Below are positions 61,021-64,000 of a stretch of DNA of 64,000 nt, piece by piece. Position 1 is the first letter of the stretch. Every line of letters starts with the position of its first letter. The notes under the pieces were generated by a model. That model had not been told where the DNA came from, made no database searches, and saw nothing but the letters and a program-made list of their open reading frames with translations. Both the position numbers and the translations under genes were made by a program. Source of the DNA: an uncultured delta proteobacterium (GTDB lineage: Bacteria; Desulfobacterota; Desulfobacteria; Desulfobacterales; B30-G6); the NCBI GenBank assembly GCA_963823335.1, contig CAWGLD010000001.1, forward strand, positions 864,001-928,000, given 5' to 3'.

Positions 61021-62730
61021 ATGGATCCCAAAGACGTCTATATGAGCAAGCCGTGGTTGAAGTACTACCCCGAAGGTGTGCCCCACACGGTCGAGGCGCC
61101 TGATACGACGGTGCATGCGCTATTTGACGACATTGCTGATAAGTACGGCAAAAAAACCGCGCTGATTTTTTACGGGAATAAAATATCATACAGGGAACTG
61201 AAGGAATCCGCCAACCGCTTCGCCGCTGCCCTGGCGGATCTCGGTGTTCAAAAGGGTGACACGGTGTCTCTCTATCTGTTGAATTGTCCCCAGTATGTAA
61301 TCGCCTATTTCGGCGCCCTGAAGGCCGGTGCAAAAATCACCCCTATCAGTCCGGTCTACACCAGCCAAGAGGTTAGACACCAGTTGACGGACAGCCAGGC
61401 GAAAACGGTCATCTGCGAGGACATGCTTTATGAAAACATAGAGCGTACAGGGGTAACGCTGAACAATGTCATTCTGTCGAACATCGGCGATTATCTTCCC
61501 AAAATGAAAAAGCTGTTCGGCAAGGCGGCCCTGAGCAAAGCGTATCAGGACCGGAGTGTCCCCAGCGCAGATAAGATCAGACAGGCGGGCTTGCACACAT
61601 TCAAGGCTCTTTTGAAAAAATATCCGCCCAATCCACCGGACGTGCAGATGAACCCTAAAAAAGATCTGGCCGCACTGCCCTACACCGGCGGGACCACCGG
61701 TCTTCCCAAGGCGGCCATGTTGACGCACCACAACCTGGTTTCGCTCCAGAAGCAGGTCATTGCCTTTTGGCCCTTCATGGAAGAAGGCAATGAAACCGTG
61801 ATCGCCTTCCTGCCGTTTTTCCACATCTACGGGCAGGTCCTGCTCATGCTCGGCAGCTTGACCCAGGGGCACACCATCGTTCTGTTCACCACACCCGATC
61901 TGGACGAAATCCTCGAAGCCATTGAACGCTACCGGGCATCCGCTTTTTACGGCGTGCCCACGCTGTACGAGTATCTGAAAGAGCATGAAAAAACCGACCG
62001 GGTCAATTGGAAACGTATGAAAGCCATCGTCTGTGGCGCAGATACCCTGCACGAATCCACCATACAGGGCTGGGAACGTCGTACCGGTACCCAGATACTG
62101 GAAGGTTACGGCATGACCGAAACCACGGCAGTCAGCCATACGACGCCCCCCGACCGTCCCAAACCGGGGTCATTCGGTGTGCCCATTCCGAACATGAATG
62201 CCGCCATCATCGATGTGGACGGCACGGAATTCAAACCTGTCGGTGAGGAAGGCGAACTCATCCTGAACGGCCCCAACATCATGCAGGGATATTGGCAGCG
62301 CCCGGAAAGCATGCAGGAAGACTTTGTGGAAATCGACGGCAAACAGTGGCTGAGAACGGGAGACCTTGTACGTATGGACGAAGATGGCTATTTTTATTTT
62401 TTCGACCGCAAACGTGACCTGATCAAACACAAGGGATTTTCGGTCTTTGCCCGCCATGTGGAAGAAGTATTGTACAACCATCCGCAGGTAAAAGCCGCTG
62501 GTGTCGTCGGGGTCCCCGATCCCAAGGTGGGAAATACCATCAAGGCTTATGTCGTCTTGCAGAGTGAGGCCCGGGGCAAGATTTCCGAGAGCGAAATTAT
62601 CCAGTTCTGCAGGGATAACATGGCCCACTATAAGGTGCCCGGCATTGTCGAATTCAGGGGTGAACTCCCCAAAACCGATGTCGGCAAAGTCTCACGGCGA
62701 GAATTGAGAGAAGAAGCGGAGGAAAGCTGA
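61021..62730 (+). CDS. Long-chain acyl-CoA ligase (AMP-binding)
   Basis: 'YTGGTTGLPK', 'EGYGMTE', 'TGD', 'DRKRDLI', 'LPKTDVGK'. Confidence 0.93.
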   Translation: MDPKDVYMSKPWLKYYPEGVPHTVEAPDTTVHALFDDIADKYGKKTALIFYGNKISYRELKESANRFAAALADLGVQKGDTVSLYLLNCPQYVIAYFGALKAGAKITPISPVYTSQEVRHQLTDSQAKTVICEDMLYENIERTGVTLNNVILSNIGDYLPKMKKLFGKAALSKAYQDRSVPSADKIRQAGLHTFKALLKKYPPNPPDVQMNPKKDLAALPYTGGTTGLPKAAMLTHHNLVSLQKQVIAFWPFMEEGNETVIAFLPFFHIYGQVLLMLGSLTQGHTIVLFTTPDLDEILEAIERYRASAFYGVPTLYEYLKEHEKTDRVNWKRMKAIVCGADTLHESTIQGWERRTGTQILEGYGMTETTAVSHTTPPDRPKPGSFGVPIPNMNAAIIDVDGTEFKPVGEEGELILNGPNIMQGYWQRPESMQEDFVEIDGKQWLRTGDLVRMDEDGYFYFFDRKRDLIKHKGFSVFARHVEEVLYNHPQVKAAGVVGVPDPKVGNTIKAYVVLQSEARGKISESEIIQFCRDNMAHYKVPGIVEFRGELPKTDVGKVSRRELREEAEES

Positions 62731-62731
62731 T

Positions 62732-63499
62732 ATGGGCACAGGTTTTCTGGAAGTCAGCGGAATCACCAAAAGCTTCGGTGGATTAAAAGCGGTCAGTGAC
62801 GTTACCTTCACCATGAAACGGGATGAAATCATCGGTCTCATCGGGCCCAACGGAGCCGGAAAAACCACGCTGTTGAGACTGATTACGGGTTTTCTGAAAC
62901 CAGACACCGGCACCATCGTTTTCAAGGGGAAATCTATCACCCGCATGAAAACCTGGGACATTGTCAACATGGGAGTTGCCGGCACCTTTCAGAACATGCG
63001 GCCCTTCCGAAGACTGCCGATCATCGCCAATGTCATGGTTTCCTGCTTGTCACCCCGCGCTATGAAGCGAGGGGAATGGGTCAAGCGCATCGAAGCCAAG
63101 GCTTTGGATGCACTCGAATTTTCAGGCATATCGGATATGGCTCTGGAAAAGGCTTCCACTCTTTCCCAGGGAGATCTCAAACGGCTGGAGGTCGCCCGGG
63201 CCATCGCCACCGAGCCAGAGCTGCTGCTGCTGGATGAACCCTTCGGTGGCTTGAGCCCGGCAGAAACCGACCTGATGGCCAAATCCATACACCGCTTGCA
63301 CAAGGGGGGACGCTTCGGTCGTCTGCACAGTGAAGGTCCTGCTATGATTATCATCGAACACAAACTGCAGCAGCTCATGAAAATAGTTGATCGGGTCATT
63401 GTCCTCAATTTTGGTACCATGGTAGCAGATGGTGTGCCCGAAGTTGTCTGTGCCAACAAGGACGTCGTCGAGTGTTACCTCGGAGAAGGAGGCATCTAA
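62732..63499 (+). CDS. ABC ATPase (LivG-like)
   Basis: 'GPNGAGKT', 'LLLDEP', 'IEH', 'YLG'. Confidence 0.92.
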   Translation: MGTGFLEVSGITKSFGGLKAVSDVTFTMKRDEIIGLIGPNGAGKTTLLRLITGFLKPDTGTIVFKGKSITRMKTWDIVNMGVAGTFQNMRPFRRLPIIANVMVSCLSPRAMKRGEWVKRIEAKALDALEFSGISDMALEKASTLSQGDLKRLEVARAIATEPELLLLDEPFGGLSPAETDLMAKSIHRLHKGGRFGRLHSEGPAMIIIEHKLQQLMKIVDRVIVLNFGTMVADGVPEVVCANKDVVECYLGEGGI

Positions 63500-63501
63500 G
63501 C

Positions 63502-64000
63502 GTGTTGTTGAACGTATCTAATCTGACAGTCTGTTACGACAAGGCCATGATCATCAATGACATTAGCCTGCATGTCAACAAAGGTGAACTGGTCAGTCTC
63601 GTGGGGCCCAACGGCGCCGGAAAATCAACCTTACTACGCGCCATTACGGGTCTGGTGATCTGGGAGAAAGGGATCCACAGGGGTACCTCAGAGGGAGATA
63701 TCACACTTGAAGGTACCGTTATCTTTGACAATGAACACCTGGAACGGGTACCCGCCCATGAAATTACCCGTCGTGGTCTGATACACTGCCCGGAACGGAG
63801 GAGACCTTTCCGGGAAATGACCGTTCTGGAAAATCTCCATGCCGGGGCCTATCTCATCAGGGATAAAAAGCAGCAGATGCAAAATCTGCAAAACGTCTAT
63901 CAACTGTTCCCGCGATTGAGAGAGCGCTCCGGACAAATATCCGGAACCCTGTCCGGCGGTGAACAGCAAATGCTGGCCATCGGCCGGGCTCTCATGTCCA
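63502..64000 (+). CDS. ABC ATPase (LivF-like), truncated by window end
   Basis: GTG start; 'GPNGAGKST', 'CPERRRPF', 'LSGGEQQMLAIGRALMS'. Confidence 0.9.
   Translation, partial: MLLNVSNLTVCYDKAMIINDISLHVNKGELVSLVGPNGAGKSTLLRAITGLVIWEKGIHRGTSEGDITLEGTVIFDNEHLERVPAHEITRRGLIHCPERRRPFREMTVLENLHAGAYLIRDKKQQMQNLQNVYQLFPRLRERSGQISGTLSGGEQQMLAIGRALMS

Noticed and set aside
57786-62139. Long antisense ORFs (57786-58691, 61186-62139) and similar shadows elsewhere
   Set aside because: They lie opposite well-supported genes, show no motifs, and are expected from codon bias.

Overview
A 64-kb, mostly housekeeping chromosomal window, probably from a Desulfobacterota (Desulfobacterales-like) anaerobe. This assignment is an inference from the sirC-ccsA-hemA synteny, the TAXI-TRAP/UspA and Liv/acyl-CoA-ligase modules, and the intergenic repeat types. 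In order it carries: DUF711-sbcD-sbcC; a tartrate/D-malate dehydrogenase; a six-gene Hyf-like membrane complex whose large subunit lacks the NiFe-binding cysteines (Ehr type); a convergent unit (CBS protein, tandem gamma-carbonic-anhydrase-like protein, short CxDE-containing probable remnant); RNA modification genes; clpB; heme genes; fabD; dksA followed by a PHP-RNase III fusion; TRAP transport; PBP1A; hisI-hisG-engB-era; hisC; and a TetR plus branched-chain-type ABC/acyl-CoA-ligase operon. I found no rRNA, tRNA, CRISPR array or intact transposase. The intergenic regions hold several small inverted-repeat elements and gene remnants. The best leads are (1) the Ehr complex abutting a two-domain gamma-CA-like gene, a candidate energy-linked CO2/bicarbonate module, and (2) the PHP (RNase AM-like)-RNase III fusion. 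All family calls come from motif recognition by eye; no database searches were run.
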